This document shows, piece by piece, positions 52,916 through 63,660 of a stretch of 64,000 bases of DNA. The stretch's first letter is position 1, and each line of letters starts with the position of its first letter. This DNA is from an uncultured Alphaproteobacteria bacterium. GTDB taxonomy: Bacteria > Pseudomonadota > Alphaproteobacteria > Rhizobiales > Aestuariivirgaceae. The stretch covers positions 74,939 through 138,938 of the forward strand of contig CAWELV010000013.1 of the NCBI GenBank assembly GCA_963810045.1, read 5' to 3'. A model generated the notes under the pieces. That model made no database searches. It was not told the DNA's origin and saw nothing but the letters and a program-made list of their open reading frames with translations. The position numbers were made by a program, and so were the translations under genes.

Positions 52916-54145
52916 CTAGAAAGCCTCCTTGAAGAGTACGTCGCGGTCGATAATGTAATTGGCAAACAGCGAAAGGCTGGCAGCCCCCATGGCGCGCGCA
53001 TCGGCGCCAATGCTGCCTTCCTCGATGCTGAACGCCGGAAGGCCGCGCAGGTCCTGGCCCGAAAGGGCGTCGCGGGTTTTCCGAACCAGATCAGTCCGCA
53101 CCTTGGCCGGCATCGCGCCATCAATGATGATGGCGTCAAAATCGATGATCGACATCGTCGCAACGGCGGCAAAGGCAAGGCTCATGGCGGTGTGGTCCAG
53201 CCAGACATCGAGAGCGGGCCCAATTTCGCCCCAGTCGTCGGGCGAACGTGCGAGCAGCATGGGATCAAGACCCGCCGCCTGCAATTGGTGCTCAAGGACG
53301 TAGAGACTGGCGTTATGGGTAAGCTGCTGGGGCCGGCCATCGGGCGCTGAAACGGGTAATGAGCCAATTGCAGCAGCATAACCCGCCTTTCCCGGAAAAA
53401 TATGGCCATTGATGACAACGCCGCCGCCGACAAAATAGCCCACGAAGAAATAGGCATAGCTGTTGAAGCGGTTTCCCCTGCCAAACAGAAGTTCTGCCGC
53501 ACAGGCGGCCGTTGCGTCATTGCTGAAATGTACCGGCCAGTCTCCCAGCTTGGCAATTTCGCCTGCAATATCGAAATCCCGCCATGCCTCCAGAACCTCA
53601 TGGGAGGCGCCCACTTCTTCTTCCCAGTTCCAGAGTTCGAAAGGGGTGGCAATGCCGAGGCCGCTTATCCGGCTTTTCTGCTCCGGTGACAGGCCTGACA
53701 GCAGGCCCTCAAGTTCAACGGCGACAAAATCCATGATCTTTTGCGGAGTTGGGAAAACATAGGGCTGGTGCACCTTGCGCCGCATTTTTCCGGTGAGATC
53801 AAGCAGGATGAGATCGCCGGAACGCCGGCCGACTTTCAAGCCAATGGAAAACGCCCCGTCCGGATTGAGCGAGAAGGGAACAAGCGGCTGGCCAACCTTG
53901 CCGCGCTGCGGCGTTTCCTTGACCAGGAGCCCGTCGGTTTCGAGCTGGCGGACGATGACTGAAACGGTTTGGGCGGAAAGCCCCGTAAGCCGGGCTATTT
54001 CGGCTTTGGGCAGGCTGCCGTGCCGGCGAATCAGGGAAAGGGCCAAGCGTTCATTATAAAGGCGCACGCCGTTTTGCGTGGTGCCACGGGCGAGCGTCGG
54101 GCCCTTGCCCAAAACCTGCCCGCTGCTCGCCCAATCCATCGTCAC
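52916..54145 (-). CDS. frcR: ROK family transcriptional regulator (FrcR-like)
   Basis: N-terminal HTH (KAEIARLTGLSAQTVS), NDATAACAAE, VGGGVV; divergent from frcBCA. Confidence 0.85.
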   Translation of the reverse strand: MTMDWASSGQVLGKGPTLARGTTQNGVRLYNERLALSLIRRHGSLPKAEIARLTGLSAQTVSVIVRQLETDGLLVKETPQRGKVGQPLVPFSLNPDGAFSIGLKVGRRSGDLILLDLTGKMRRKVHQPYVFPTPQKIMDFVAVELEGLLSGLSPEQKSRISGLGIATPFELWNWEEEVGASHEVLEAWRDFDIAGEIAKLGDWPVHFSNDATAACAAELLFGRGNRFNSYAYFFVGYFVGGGVVINGHIFPGKAGYAAAIGSLPVSAPDGRPQQLTHNASLYVLEHQLQAAGLDPMLLARSPDDWGEIGPALDVWLDHTAMSLAFAAVATMSIIDFDAIIIDGAMPAKVRTDLVRKTRDALSGQDLRGLPAFSIEEGSIGADARAMGAASLSLFANYIIDRDVLFKEAF

Positions 54146-54232
54146 GCCCGTCTACCTGTGTAGAATTTATGCAAATTGGCCCGCAGGTTGCTGAAATTTC
54201 GACTTTCCCGTAGGGCCAGCACCTTGTCAATC

Positions 54233-54253
54233 AATAAATCATGCCGATTTATT
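54233..54253. promoter_or_regulatory. ROK/FrcR-type operator AATAAATC-N5-GATTTATT
   Basis: Perfect AT-rich palindrome in the frcR-frcB intergenic region. Confidence 0.65.
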
Positions 54254-54378
54254 TATTGACTCTTGGACGGGAATTCGCTCAATTCGCATGAGGGAGATCA
54301 CGATTCATATCGATGAATCTGATCTCTCTGAACGAGAAGGATCTAGACTTGAATCGCCGAGGAAGTTAGACTAAATTT

Positions 54379-54402
54379 TACATAAGTAATAAGACTTATG
54401 TA
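54379..54402. promoter_or_regulatory. Second operator-like palindrome TACATAAGT-N6-ACTTATGTA
   Basis: Perfect 9-bp arms upstream of frcB, with similar architecture to the first site. Confidence 0.55.
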
Positions 54403-54456
54403 TGTAACTGTACTTAACTCAGCCCAAAAAAGGGCGCGTTCCATGGGAGAATCATC

Positions 54457-55482
54457 GTGAAAACAATTCTGAAATCGGCTGTCGCAGCCGCTGTTTTGCT
54501 CAGCTTTGCCAGCATCACCCCTGCACTTTCCGCAGGCGTTGGCGCTTGTCTCATCACCAAAACCGATACCAACCCCTTCTTCGTCAAGATGAAGGAAGGT
54601 GCCACTGCCAAGGCGGCAGAGCTCGGCGTTGACCTCAAGGCTTATGCCGGCAAGGATGACGGCGACAACGAAGGCCAGGTGGCCGCCGTTGAAACCTGCA
54701 TCGCTGACGGCGCCAAGGGCATTCTGATCACCCCGTCCGACACCAAGGCCATCGTTCCGTCCATCAAGAAGGCCCGCGACGCCGGCATTCTGGTGATCGC
54801 CCTCGACACGCCGCTCGACCCAATCGAAGCCGCTGACCAGACCATGGCCACCGACAACTTCGAAGCCGGCCGTCTGATCGGCGCCTATGCCGCCGCCAAG
54901 CTCGGCGACAAGGCCAAGGACGCCAAGATCGGCTTCCTCGACATCAACCCCAAGCAGGTCACCGTTGACGTGCTGCGCGACCAGGGCTTCATGAAGGGCT
55001 TCGGCATCGACATCAAGGACCCCAACGTGATCGGCGACGAAGATGATCCGCGCATCGTCGGCCACGACTATACCAACGGCAATCCAGAAGGCGGCCGCAA
55101 GGCCATGGAAAACCTTCTGCAGATCAATCCGAACATCAACGTGATCCACACCATCAACGAGCCCGCCGCCGCAGGTGCCTATGAAGCCCTGAAGGCAGTT
55201 GGCAAGGAGAAGGATGTTCTGATCATGTCGGTTGACGGCGGTTGCCCGGGCGTCAAGAACGTCGCTGAAGGCGTCATCGGCGGAACCTCGCAGCAGTATC
55301 CGCTGCTCATGGCCTCAATGGGCGTTGAAGCCATCAAGAAATTCGCCGACACCGGCGAGAAGCCAGGCGTCACCGAAGGCAAGAACTTCTTTGACACCGG
55401 CGTTACCTTGATCACCGATCAGCCGGTTGAAGGCGTTCCTTCGATCGACACAAAGGAAGGCCTCGCCAAGTGCTGGGGTTGA
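54457..55482 (+). CDS. frcB: Fructose/ribose/mannose ABC substrate-binding protein
   Basis: [50 protein letters not shown]. Confidence 0.9.
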   Translation: MKTILKSAVAAAVLLSFASITPALSAGVGACLITKTDTNPFFVKMKEGATAKAAELGVDLKAYAGKDDGDNEGQVAAVETCIADGAKGILITPSDTKAIVPSIKKARDAGILVIALDTPLDPIEAADQTMATDNFEAGRLIGAYAAAKLGDKAKDAKIGFLDINPKQVTVDVLRDQGFMKGFGIDIKDPNVIGDEDDPRIVGHDYTNGNPEGGRKAMENLLQINPNINVIHTINEPAAAGAYEALKAVGKEKDVLIMSVDGGCPGVKNVAEGVIGGTSQQYPLLMASMGVEAIKKFADTGEKPGVTEGKNFFDTGVTLITDQPVEGVPSIDTKEGLAKCWG

Positions 55483-55516
55483 TCTCGGACAAGTTTCAGT
55501 GAATGATAACTGAAAC

Positions 55517-55550
55517 ACGGAAGGGCGGCCCTCGTGGCCGCCTTTTCCGT
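55517..55550 (+). terminator. Intercistronic hairpin after frcB
   Basis: ACGGAAGGGCGGCC-CTCGT-GGCCGCCTTTTCCGT. Confidence 0.6.
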
Positions 55551-55594
55551 AATAAGCAGAGGCGTGGAAAAAACGCAGGGGCAGGGAGTTGGGA

Positions 55595-56656
55595 ATGGCG
55601 AAAGCGCAGGAATTTGAAAAAGTTCTCGAACAGAGCGACATGTCGGCAGCGTCGTTCGAGTCGCACATAAAATCTCCGCTTGAGAAAGCCCAGCACTTCC
55701 TGCATTCAAGCCAGGCGGCGGTGCCGCTCATCGTGCTCATTCTTTCGGTTGCCGTATTCGGCATCCTGGTCGGCGGCAAATTCTTCAATCCGTTTTCGCT
55801 GACCCTCATTCTGCAGCAGGTTGCCATTGTCGGCATCGTCGGCGCGGCCCAGACGCTGGTCATTCTCACCGCCGGCATCGACCTCTCGGTCGGCGCCGTC
55901 ATGGTGCTCTCATCCGTCGTCATGGGGCAGTTCACCTTCCGCTATGGGATTCCGGTTCCCATTTCGATCCTCTGCGGCCTTGCCTGCGGCGCGCTTTGCG
56001 GCTTCATCAACGGCTGGCTGGTGGCCAAAGTGAAACTGCCGCCCTTCATCGTGACGCTCGGCACCTGGCAGGTCTACAACGCCACCAAATATCTCTATTC
56101 AAAGAATGAGACGATCCGCGGCCAGGACATCGAAGCCCAGGCGCCGCTGCTGCAACTGTTCGGCATCCAGATCAGATTTGGCGGCGCGGTCATCACCCTC
56201 GGCGTCATCTTCATGGTGCTGCTCGTGGTCTTCCTCTGGTACGTCCTCAACTACACGGCCTGGGGCCGCAGGCTCTATGCGGTGGGCGACGATCCCGAGG
56301 CAGCCCAGCTCTCCGGTATCCGTGTCGACCGCATGCTGATTGCCGTCTACACGCTTTCGGGCCTTATCTGCGGCTTTGCCGGCTGGGTCCTCATCGGCCG
56401 CATCGGCTCCGTTTCGCCCACCTCGGGCGAGTTCTCCAACATCGAATCCATCACCGCCGTGGTGATCGGCGGCATTTCGCTCTTCGGCGGGCGCGGCTCC
56501 ATCCTCGGCATGATCTTCGGCGGCCTCATCGTCGGTGTCTTCTCCCTGGGCCTCCGGCTTCTCGGAACCGACCCGCAATGGACTTACTTCCTGATCGGCG
56601 TCCTCATCATTGGCGCCGTCGCGATCGACCAGTGGATCAGAAAGGTTTCGGGTTAA
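55595..56656 (+). CDS. frcC: Fructose ABC permease
   Basis: QTLVILTAGIDLSVG, LPPFIVTLG, SITAVVIGGISLFGGRG. Confidence 0.9.
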   Translation: MAKAQEFEKVLEQSDMSAASFESHIKSPLEKAQHFLHSSQAAVPLIVLILSVAVFGILVGGKFFNPFSLTLILQQVAIVGIVGAAQTLVILTAGIDLSVGAVMVLSSVVMGQFTFRYGIPVPISILCGLACGALCGFINGWLVAKVKLPPFIVTLGTWQVYNATKYLYSKNETIRGQDIEAQAPLLQLFGIQIRFGGAVITLGVIFMVLLVVFLWYVLNYTAWGRRLYAVGDDPEAAQLSGIRVDRMLIAVYTLSGLICGFAGWVLIGRIGSVSPTSGEFSNIESITAVVIGGISLFGGRGSILGMIFGGLIVGVFSLGLRLLGTDPQWTYFLIGVLIIGAVAIDQWIRKVSG

Positions 56657-56661
56657 GCATC

Positions 56662-57469
56662 ATGGCCAAGAAAGCAAACGCAGACGGACCCGTTCCACTC
56701 CTGACCGCCCGCGGCCTGGTCAAGCGCTATGGCCGCGTCACCGCCTTGGACAACGCCGATTTCGATCTCTATCCCGGTGAAGTCCTCGGCGTGATCGGCG
56801 ACAACGGTGCTGGCAAATCAACGCTCATCAAGGCAATTTGCGGCGCCGTACTGGCTGACGAGGGTGAAATCAAGCTCGACGGCAAGACGCTGCATTTCAA
56901 GTCGCCCATTGAAGCGCGCGATGCCGGGATTGAAACCGTCTATCAGAACCTGGCCCTGTCGCCGGCCCTTTCCATTGCCGACAACATGTTCCTCGGCCGT
57001 GAAATCCGTAAACCCGGCTTCCTCGGAAGTTTCTTCCGCATGCTTGACCGGTCCACCATGGAAAAGCGTTCCCGTGACAAGCTGACGGAACTTGGCCTTA
57101 TGACCATACAGAACATTGGCCAGGCAGTTGAAACCCTTTCCGGCGGCCAGCGCCAGGGCGTGGCCGTGGCCCGCGCTGCAGCCTTTGGCTCAAAGGTCAT
57201 CATCATGGATGAACCCACGGCTGCCCTGGGCGTGAAGGAATCCCGCCGCGTGCTTGAATTGATTCTCGACGTGAAGCGCCGGGGCCTGCCTATCGTCTTG
57301 ATCTCCCACAACATGCCGCATGTCTTCGAAGTGGCCGACCGCATTCACATTCACCGCCTGGGCCGGCGTCTCTGCGTCATCGATCCCAAGAAATATCACC
57401 ATGTCGGATGCGGTGGCCTTCATGACCGGCGCCAAATCGCCGCCGAAGGAGCTTCTGGCGGCATCATAG
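56662..57469 (+). CDS. frcA: Fructose ABC ATP-binding protein (frameshift near 57397)
   Basis: GDNGAGKST, LSGGQRQ, IMDEPT, SHNMPHV. Confidence 0.9.
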
Positions 57470-58177
57470 TGTTCTGGCCTCGTAGGCCAGTTCGGCAAAT
57501 TTCTTGCGGAGTGCCTCAGCGGTGAAAACCGGCGTATGAAATTCCATGCGAAGGCTCTGCTCATGCAAGCCAAGGTCCGCGCCATCGGGATCAATGGCCA
57601 GAACCCGCCAGGGTCCGGGCTGCGCCATTAAAATCTTCGTGGCATAGAGGTGGATGGCTTCGGCATGATCATTGTTCATGTGCTCGATCGCCGATATCTC
57701 CAGGGCTCCCATTTCATCTGCGGCCGGAAACACCTCCTCCGCGGTCAGCGTTTCAATGCGCCCAAAACCGGCAACGCCGTGAATGGCCGAAGGGCTCAAT
57801 CGCCAAAATGAAAAATCAGGAAAATCCGCATAAACGGCAGCCTCCGGGTGCCGCGCCAGATAGCGCCGCCGCAAACCGGCGTCGTCAACCCGTTCAAAAC
57901 GCCCCAGTATCGTCACGCGCGCTCCCACCAGCGCATCCCCCCTGGCCGGGAGTTCGCCCACCAGCACGCTGGCCCGGGCATCCGCTTCCAGGTTTTGCGT
58001 ATGCCACGCTAAGCGCGAAATCAGGATAATAGGCCTGCCCGATATATCGGTGGCGATGTTGGCCAGCGAGCCATAGGGCGTCCCATCCCCCAGCGACAGG
58101 GTTGAAAGCGTGCAGGTTTTTGCCCGCCGCAGCACCTGGCGCATGGCCGTTCCGGAAAAGCCTGATTTTTCAGCCAT
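57464..58177 (-). CDS. HugZ-family pyridoxamine 5'-phosphate oxidase-like heme-utilisation protein
   Basis: [46 protein letters not shown]. Confidence 0.88.
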   Translation of the reverse strand: MAEKSGFSGTAMRQVLRRAKTCTLSTLSLGDGTPYGSLANIATDISGRPIILISRLAWHTQNLEADARASVLVGELPARGDALVGARVTILGRFERVDDAGLRRRYLARHPEAAVYADFPDFSFWRLSPSAIHGVAGFGRIETLTAEEVFPAADEMGALEISAIEHMNNDHAEAIHLYATKILMAQPGPWRVLAIDPDGADLGLHEQSLRMEFHTPVFTAEALRKKFAELAYEARTL

Positions 58178-58276
58178 TTAATTAACATTACTCATTTGTC
58201 ATGCGGACCTTCTTTGCGGTTTGCCACAATTTGTTCTAGTTTCATCCATAGAGGCGGCCGGCAGGAACAACAACGG

Positions 58277-58987
58277 ATGAACAAGAAAATGGCAATGATT
58301 GCATTGGTCGACGATGATCGCAATATTCTAACCTCGGTGGGCATGGCGTTGGAAGCCGAGGGCTATGCCGTTCAGAAATACAATGACGGGGCCGCAGCAC
58401 TCCAGGGTTTGCAGGACCAGCCGCCGGACATGGCGATCTTCGATATCAAGATGCCGCGCATGGACGGCATGGAACTTCTGCGCCGCATTCGCCAGAAAAC
58501 CGACCTTCCAGTGATTTTCCTCACTTCCAAGGATGACGAGATCGATGAACTCTTTGGTCTCAAGATGGGGGCCGACGATTTTATCAAGAAGCCATTTTCC
58601 CAGCGCTTGCTGGTTGAGCGGGTGAAGGCCGTCCTGCGCCGTGCTGGGGCCAAGGATGGCACGGCACCGATAACCGATGCGGCCAAGGTCATTGAGCGCG
58701 GCAAGCTGTCCATGGATCCCGACCGCCATTCCTGTACCTGGGACTCGAGGCCCGTTACCCTCACGGTCACTGAATTCCTCATCCTGCAGTCCCTCGCGCA
58801 AAGGCCGGGGATCGTGAAAAGCCGCGACGCGTTGATGGATGCGGCCTATGATGACCAGGTCTATGTGGATGACCGCACCATCGACAGCCACATCAAGCGC
58901 CTGCGCAAGAAATTCAATCAGGTCGACGAGGCCTTTGATGGTATTGAAACACTCTATGGTGTTGGCTATCGTTTCAAGGAACAATAG
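58277..58987 (+). CDS. chvI: Response regulator ChvI
   Basis: [47 protein letters not shown]. Confidence 0.96.
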   Translation: MNKKMAMIALVDDDRNILTSVGMALEAEGYAVQKYNDGAAALQGLQDQPPDMAIFDIKMPRMDGMELLRRIRQKTDLPVIFLTSKDDEIDELFGLKMGADDFIKKPFSQRLLVERVKAVLRRAGAKDGTAPITDAAKVIERGKLSMDPDRHSCTWDSRPVTLTVTEFLILQSLAQRPGIVKSRDALMDAAYDDQVYVDDRTIDSHIKRLRKKFNQVDEAFDGIETLYGVGYRFKEQ

Positions 58988-59013
58988 AATTTCCCCCCGC
59001 GCGAGGGTGCGAA

Positions 59014-60831
59014 ATGCTAGATAAGACTGCGGCGCCCGAGGCCCTTGAACGCACGGAAAGCGACGAGGGCCAGGAGGTTGAGAATTTCGACTTCCCCGTC
59101 GAAGGCCGCCGCGGCCTTTTGCACCGCTTTGCCCCCCAACGGCTGGTCAGCCGCATCGTTCTTCTCAATCTCCTCGGCCTCGTCGTTCTGGTCACCGGCA
59201 TTCTCTATTTCAACCAGTTCCGCCAGGGATTGATTGATGCCCGCGTGCAAAGCCTGACCACCCAGGCCCAGATCATTGCCGCCGCCATTGCGGGGTCAGC
59301 CACCGCCGATACGGGATCCATCGTCATCAACCCGGATTCACTCGAAGACACTTCGGACCCCTATGCACCGGACGCCGACCAACTCGGCAGCCTTGATTTT
59401 CCGATCAATCCCGAAACCACCGGCCCCGTGCTGCGCCGCCTGCTTGCCAACTCGACTATCCGCGGACGGATTATCGACCCCGAAGGCAATCTCGTCGTCG
59501 ACAGCAGGTTTCTCTATGGCGGCGGCGACATCATCCAGTCGGATCTTCCGCCGCGCGATGCCGAGGCGCGCAACATTATTGTCCGGTGGTGGAACACGGC
59601 GTTTGACTGGTTCTTTGCCTATGACTATCCGCTGCAGCGCGAATACAGCCTCGACAATGGCAAGGATTTCCCGGAAGTAGCCGCCGCCCTCAACGGCGCC
59701 GTCGTCAGCGTTGTGCGCCTCGATGAAAAGCACGACATCATCGTTCTGGTTTCAGTTCCGGTGCAGAGATTCCGGGCGGTTCTCGGCGCCCTGGTGCTGT
59801 CAACCTCGGGCGGCGAAATTGACAATGTCTTGCGTGCCGAACGCCGCGTCGTCCTCCTCACCTTTGGCTTCGTGGCGCTGGTGACAATCCTTCTCTCGGT
59901 GTTTTTAGCCGGCACCATCGCCGAACCCATTCGCCGCCTCTCGGCCGCCGCCGAGCGCGTGCGCCGCGGCATCAACAAGCGCGTGGAGATTCCGGACTTC
60001 ACCGCACGGCGCGACGAGATTGGCCATCTTTCGGGCGCGCTCCGTGACATGACCGGCGCACTCTACAACCGCATTGATGCCATTGAGGCCTTTGCCGCCG
60101 ATGTGAGCCACGAGCTCAAGAATCCGCTCACCTCGCTGCGCAGCGCCGTTGAAACTCTTGCCATGGTGAAAACCGATGAGCAGCGCGCCAGGCTTGTCGA
60201 GATCGTCAAGCATGACGTGCGCCGCCTTGACCGCCTCATCACCGATATCTCCGATGCCTCGCGCCTCGATGCGGAACTGGCGCGGGCCGAAACAAATCCA
60301 GTCGATGTGGCACGGCTCCTGGGTGCGATCTCGACGCTCGCCAATGAAACCCGAAAGGAACATCAGGCGGAAATTTTTCTGCAGGTCCTCCCGGCAGGCA
60401 ACGCCTTTGACCCGTTTCTGGCCTTTGTCGTTCTCGGCCATGAATCAAGGCTGAGCCAGGTCTTCCGGAATCTCCTGGACAATGCCCGCTCGTTCGCGGC
60501 GGACAATACCAAGATCTACGTGCGCGTGCGCCGCTCAGGCCGCGATGTCGAGATTCGCGTTGAAGATTATGGCCCCGGCATCAGGCCTGACAATCTCGAG
60601 CGCATCTTTGAAAGGTTTTACACGGACCGTCCGGAAGGCTCCTTCGGCAAAAACTCCGGCCTTGGCCTTTCCATCTCCAAGCAGATTGTCGATGCCCATA
60701 AGGGCCGCATCTGGGCGGAGAACCGCTATGGCCGCGCCCCGGAAGGCGTGGAAAAACCGGTTCTCGGTGCAAGGTTTGTGGTGCGCCTGCCTGCCGTTGC
60801 CGATGACTGGACGCCGCCCGGAGCAAAGTGA
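59014..60831 (+). CDS. chvG: Sensor histidine kinase ChvG/ExoS
   Basis: NQFRQGLIDARVQSL, HAMP domain, DVSHELKNPLTS, FERFYTDRP, NSGLGLSI. Confidence 0.96.
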   Translation: MLDKTAAPEALERTESDEGQEVENFDFPVEGRRGLLHRFAPQRLVSRIVLLNLLGLVVLVTGILYFNQFRQGLIDARVQSLTTQAQIIAAAIAGSATADTGSIVINPDSLEDTSDPYAPDADQLGSLDFPINPETTGPVLRRLLANSTIRGRIIDPEGNLVVDSRFLYGGGDIIQSDLPPRDAEARNIIVRWWNTAFDWFFAYDYPLQREYSLDNGKDFPEVAAALNGAVVSVVRLDEKHDIIVLVSVPVQRFRAVLGALVLSTSGGEIDNVLRAERRVVLLTFGFVALVTILLSVFLAGTIAEPIRRLSAAAERVRRGINKRVEIPDFTARRDEIGHLSGALRDMTGALYNRIDAIEAFAADVSHELKNPLTSLRSAVETLAMVKTDEQRARLVEIVKHDVRRLDRLITDISDASRLDAELARAETNPVDVARLLGAISTLANETRKEHQAEIFLQVLPAGNAFDPFLAFVVLGHESRLSQVFRNLLDNARSFAADNTKIYVRVRRSGRDVEIRVEDYGPGIRPDNLERIFERFYTDRPEGSFGKNSGLGLSISKQIVDAHKGRIWAENRYGRAPEGVEKPVLGARFVVRLPAVADDWTPPGAK

Positions 60832-61328
60832 TGAAACGATCCCAAATCTTTTTGCACGGAACCTGCGTAAGCGTCGGCGGCGAGGGCGTGCTCATTCTGG
60901 GCGATCCCGGAAGCGGAAAATCCGGCCTCGCACTCCGGCTTATTGATGAGCCGGGCTACGGAATTTCCGGCGTTCTTTTGCGCAGTGAATTGGTGGCTGA
61001 CGATCAGGTCATTGTGACCCGCGACCAGGATAGGCTTTTGGCCTCGGCACCTGCAACGCTACGCGGAAAACTGGAAATCCGGGGCCTTGGGATTGTCACC
61101 CTGACAACGGTCCCATCTGTAGCTCTCGCACTCGTTGTAAAACTCCAGAACCATACAGCCATCGAGCGCCTCCCTGATCCCGCCACCTTTGATATTTTGG
61201 GCATGGCCCTTCCGCTGGTTGAAATTGATGCAAAAATGGCTTCAGCCCCAGCCCGGATTCGCGCCGCGCTGGCCTGGCTGAAGCAGCCGCAAGAGGCCAG
61301 TGAAACTGTTGCGCAGCGGCGTGGATAA
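60828..61328 (+). CDS. hprK: HPr kinase/phosphorylase (short alphaproteobacterial form)
   Basis: LHGTCV..GVLILGDPGSGKS..LVADDQV..GKLEIRGLGI. Confidence 0.92.
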   Translation: MMKRSQIFLHGTCVSVGGEGVLILGDPGSGKSGLALRLIDEPGYGISGVLLRSELVADDQVIVTRDQDRLLASAPATLRGKLEIRGLGIVTLTTVPSVALALVVKLQNHTAIERLPDPATFDILGMALPLVEIDAKMASAPARIRAALAWLKQPQEASETVAQRRG

Positions 61329-61398
61329 GGGCAATGTGCGCGGTTTACAAACGGTAAATGAGGCAAGACCTGACAATGTGTGATTTCGTAGAGTTCAA

Positions 61399-61797
61399 AT
61401 GATTGGCCTCGTTCTCGTAACCCATGGGCGTCTTGCCGATGAATTTGTCTATGCCCTGGAGCATATTGTCGGCAAGCAGGACATGGTGGCGGCCGTGGCC
61501 ATCGGTCCCGAAGACAAGATGGAAGTTCGCCGCACCGATATCGCGGCGGCGGTGAAATCCGTGGACGGCGGCGATGGCGTGATTATCCTGACCGACATGT
61601 TTGGCGGCACGCCGTCGAACCTGGCAATCTCGCTTCTGGAAGAGGGGCGCGTCGAAGTCGTGGCTGGATTGAACCTCCCCATGCTGGTGAAACTGGTGCG
61701 GGTGCGAAAGGAATCCAATCTCCATAAATGCGCCGCCGCCGCCCAGGATGCGGGCCGCAAATATATCAATATTGCCAGCCAGATTTTGGGGGATTGA
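61399..61797 (+). CDS. manX: PTS EIIA(Man)-like protein
   Basis: MIGLVLVTHG, TDMFGGTPSN, GLNLPML. Confidence 0.93.
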   Translation: MIGLVLVTHGRLADEFVYALEHIVGKQDMVAAVAIGPEDKMEVRRTDIAAAVKSVDGGDGVIILTDMFGGTPSNLAISLLEEGRVEVVAGLNLPMLVKLVRVRKESNLHKCAAAAQDAGRKYINIASQILGD

Positions 61798-62069
61798 TGG
61801 CGGCACTGGTCAGGGAGCTGGAAATCATCAATGAGCGCGGACTGCACGCCCGCGCCTCGGCAAAATTCGTGAAATGCGCCGAAGGCTTCGATGCCAATAT
61901 TGTGGTGAGCCGCGATGGCCATTCGGTTCCGGCGACCTCCATCATGGGCCTCATGATGCTGGCTGCCGCCATGGGGACCTCGATCAGCGTTGAAGCCTCC
62001 GGCCCCGAGGCAGACGCGGCCATCGCGGCCCTTGCCGCACTGGTGGAATCCAGGTTCGATGAGGACTAG
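61797..62069 (+). CDS. ptsH: Phosphocarrier HPr/NPr
   Basis: NERGLHARAS, SIMGLMML; TGATG overlap with manX. Confidence 0.93.
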   Translation: MAALVRELEIINERGLHARASAKFVKCAEGFDANIVVSRDGHSVPATSIMGLMMLAAAMGTSISVEASGPEADAAIAALAALVESRFDED

Positions 62070-63657
62070 ATAATTTTCTTGTAGGCCGGCAGCGTCAGGA
62101 ACGCCTCGAAGTTTTTCGAGGTGGACATGGTTTTGAAAATGCCTATGGCCTCCTTGAAGCGGCCCTCCTGATAGTCTTCAGCCCCCATTTCATCTTTTAC
62201 CCGCTTCATTTCCTCGCGCAGGCACCGGTCGAAAAATTTGCGGCGTGACCTTGGTGCCCGTATCGAGTATCGCGCCGAATTTGAGCCATTGCCAGATTTG
62301 CGACCGTGAAATTTCGGCGGTCGCCGCATCCTCCATCAGATTGTAGATCGGCACGGCGCCGCGGCCCCGGAGCCAGGCTTCAATATATTGCACGCCGACC
62401 CGGATATTCTCGCGGAACCCAGCTTCGGTCTTGGTGCCCTTGTGAACCTCGAGAAGCTCCTTCTGGCCGATCTTGACGTCATCGCGCTTGACATAAAGCT
62501 GGTTCGGCGTCGGCATCAGCGCGTTGAACACCTCCATGGCCACAGGCACCAGATCAGGATGCGCCACCCAGGTGCCGTCATGGCCGTTGCGCGCCTCGCG
62601 CTCCTTGTCGGCCCGCACCTTGTCGAGCGCGATCTGGTTTGCTTCCGGGTCCTTGCGGTTTGGAATCTGCGCCGCCATGCCGCCCATGGCGAAGGCGGCG
62701 CGGTTGTGGCAGGTCTTGATCAGCAGCGCCGAATAATTGGCCAGGAAGGCCTTGGACATCACCACCTGCGAGCGGTCAGGCAAGACAAATTTCTTGTTCG
62801 TGGCCAGCGTCTTGATGAACGAGAAGATGTAATCCCAGCGCCCGCAATTGAGCCCGGCCATGTGCTCGCGCAGTTCATAGAGGATTTCATCCATCTCAAA
62901 GGCGGCAGGCAGCGTTTCGATGAGCACGGTGGCCTTGATGGTGCCGAGCGGCAGTCCCAGCGCGCTTTGCGCTGAGTGAAAACACCGTTCCACAGCCGCG
63001 CTTCCAGATGGCTTTCCATCTTGGGCAGGTAAAAATAGGGGCCCGAGTTTTGACGGAGCGTCGCTTTGGCATTGTGGAAAAAATAGAGGCCGAAATCAAA
63101 AAGCGCGCCGGACATGATTTGGCCGTCGATCCGCACATGGTTTTCCGGCAGGTGCCAGCCGCGCGGCCGCACGATAAGCACCGCAGGCCGCTTGCCCAGG
63201 ACATAATGCTTGCCCGAATCCGGGTCGCGGTAATCCATGGCGCCGCTCCAGCGGTCCCGCAGATTGATCTGCCCACGGACGAGATTGTCCCAGGTCGGCG
63301 AATTTGAATCCTCGAAATCCGTCATGAAGACCTTGGCGCCGGAATTGAGCGCGTTGATCACCATCTTGCGGTCCGTGGGCCCGGTGATTTCAACCCGGCG
63401 GTCCTGCAGATCAGCGGGGATCGGCGCCACCGCCATGACCCCTCGCGGATGGCGCGGGTCTCGGGCAGAAAATCGGGCAGCTCGCCCTTGCTGAAACGCT
63501 TGGCTCTGGCAGTGCGCAAACCCAGCAATCTTTGCCGTTCGCCGTCAAAGTTGCGGTGCAGCTCCGCAAGGAAGGCAACGGCCTCAGGCGTTAGAATGGA
63601 GCGGTACTCCGGGAGCATTTTTCCGCGAAGTGTGACGCCGGCTGGCATTCTTGCCAT
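62066..63657 (-). CDS. aceB: Malate synthase A (three frameshifts)
   Basis: [64 protein letters not shown]; about 530 aa. Confidence 0.93.
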
Positions 63658-63660
63658 AGC

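Noticed and set aside
60828-62069. No rapZ between hprK and manX
   Set aside because: Also absent from this locus in many Rhizobiales; ordinary.
2841-62975. Long antisense and off-frame ORFs (e.g. 2841-4274, 28299-29306, 35907-36992, 54343-55149)
   Set aside because: Shadow ORFs of GC-rich coding strands; no motifs or RBS support.
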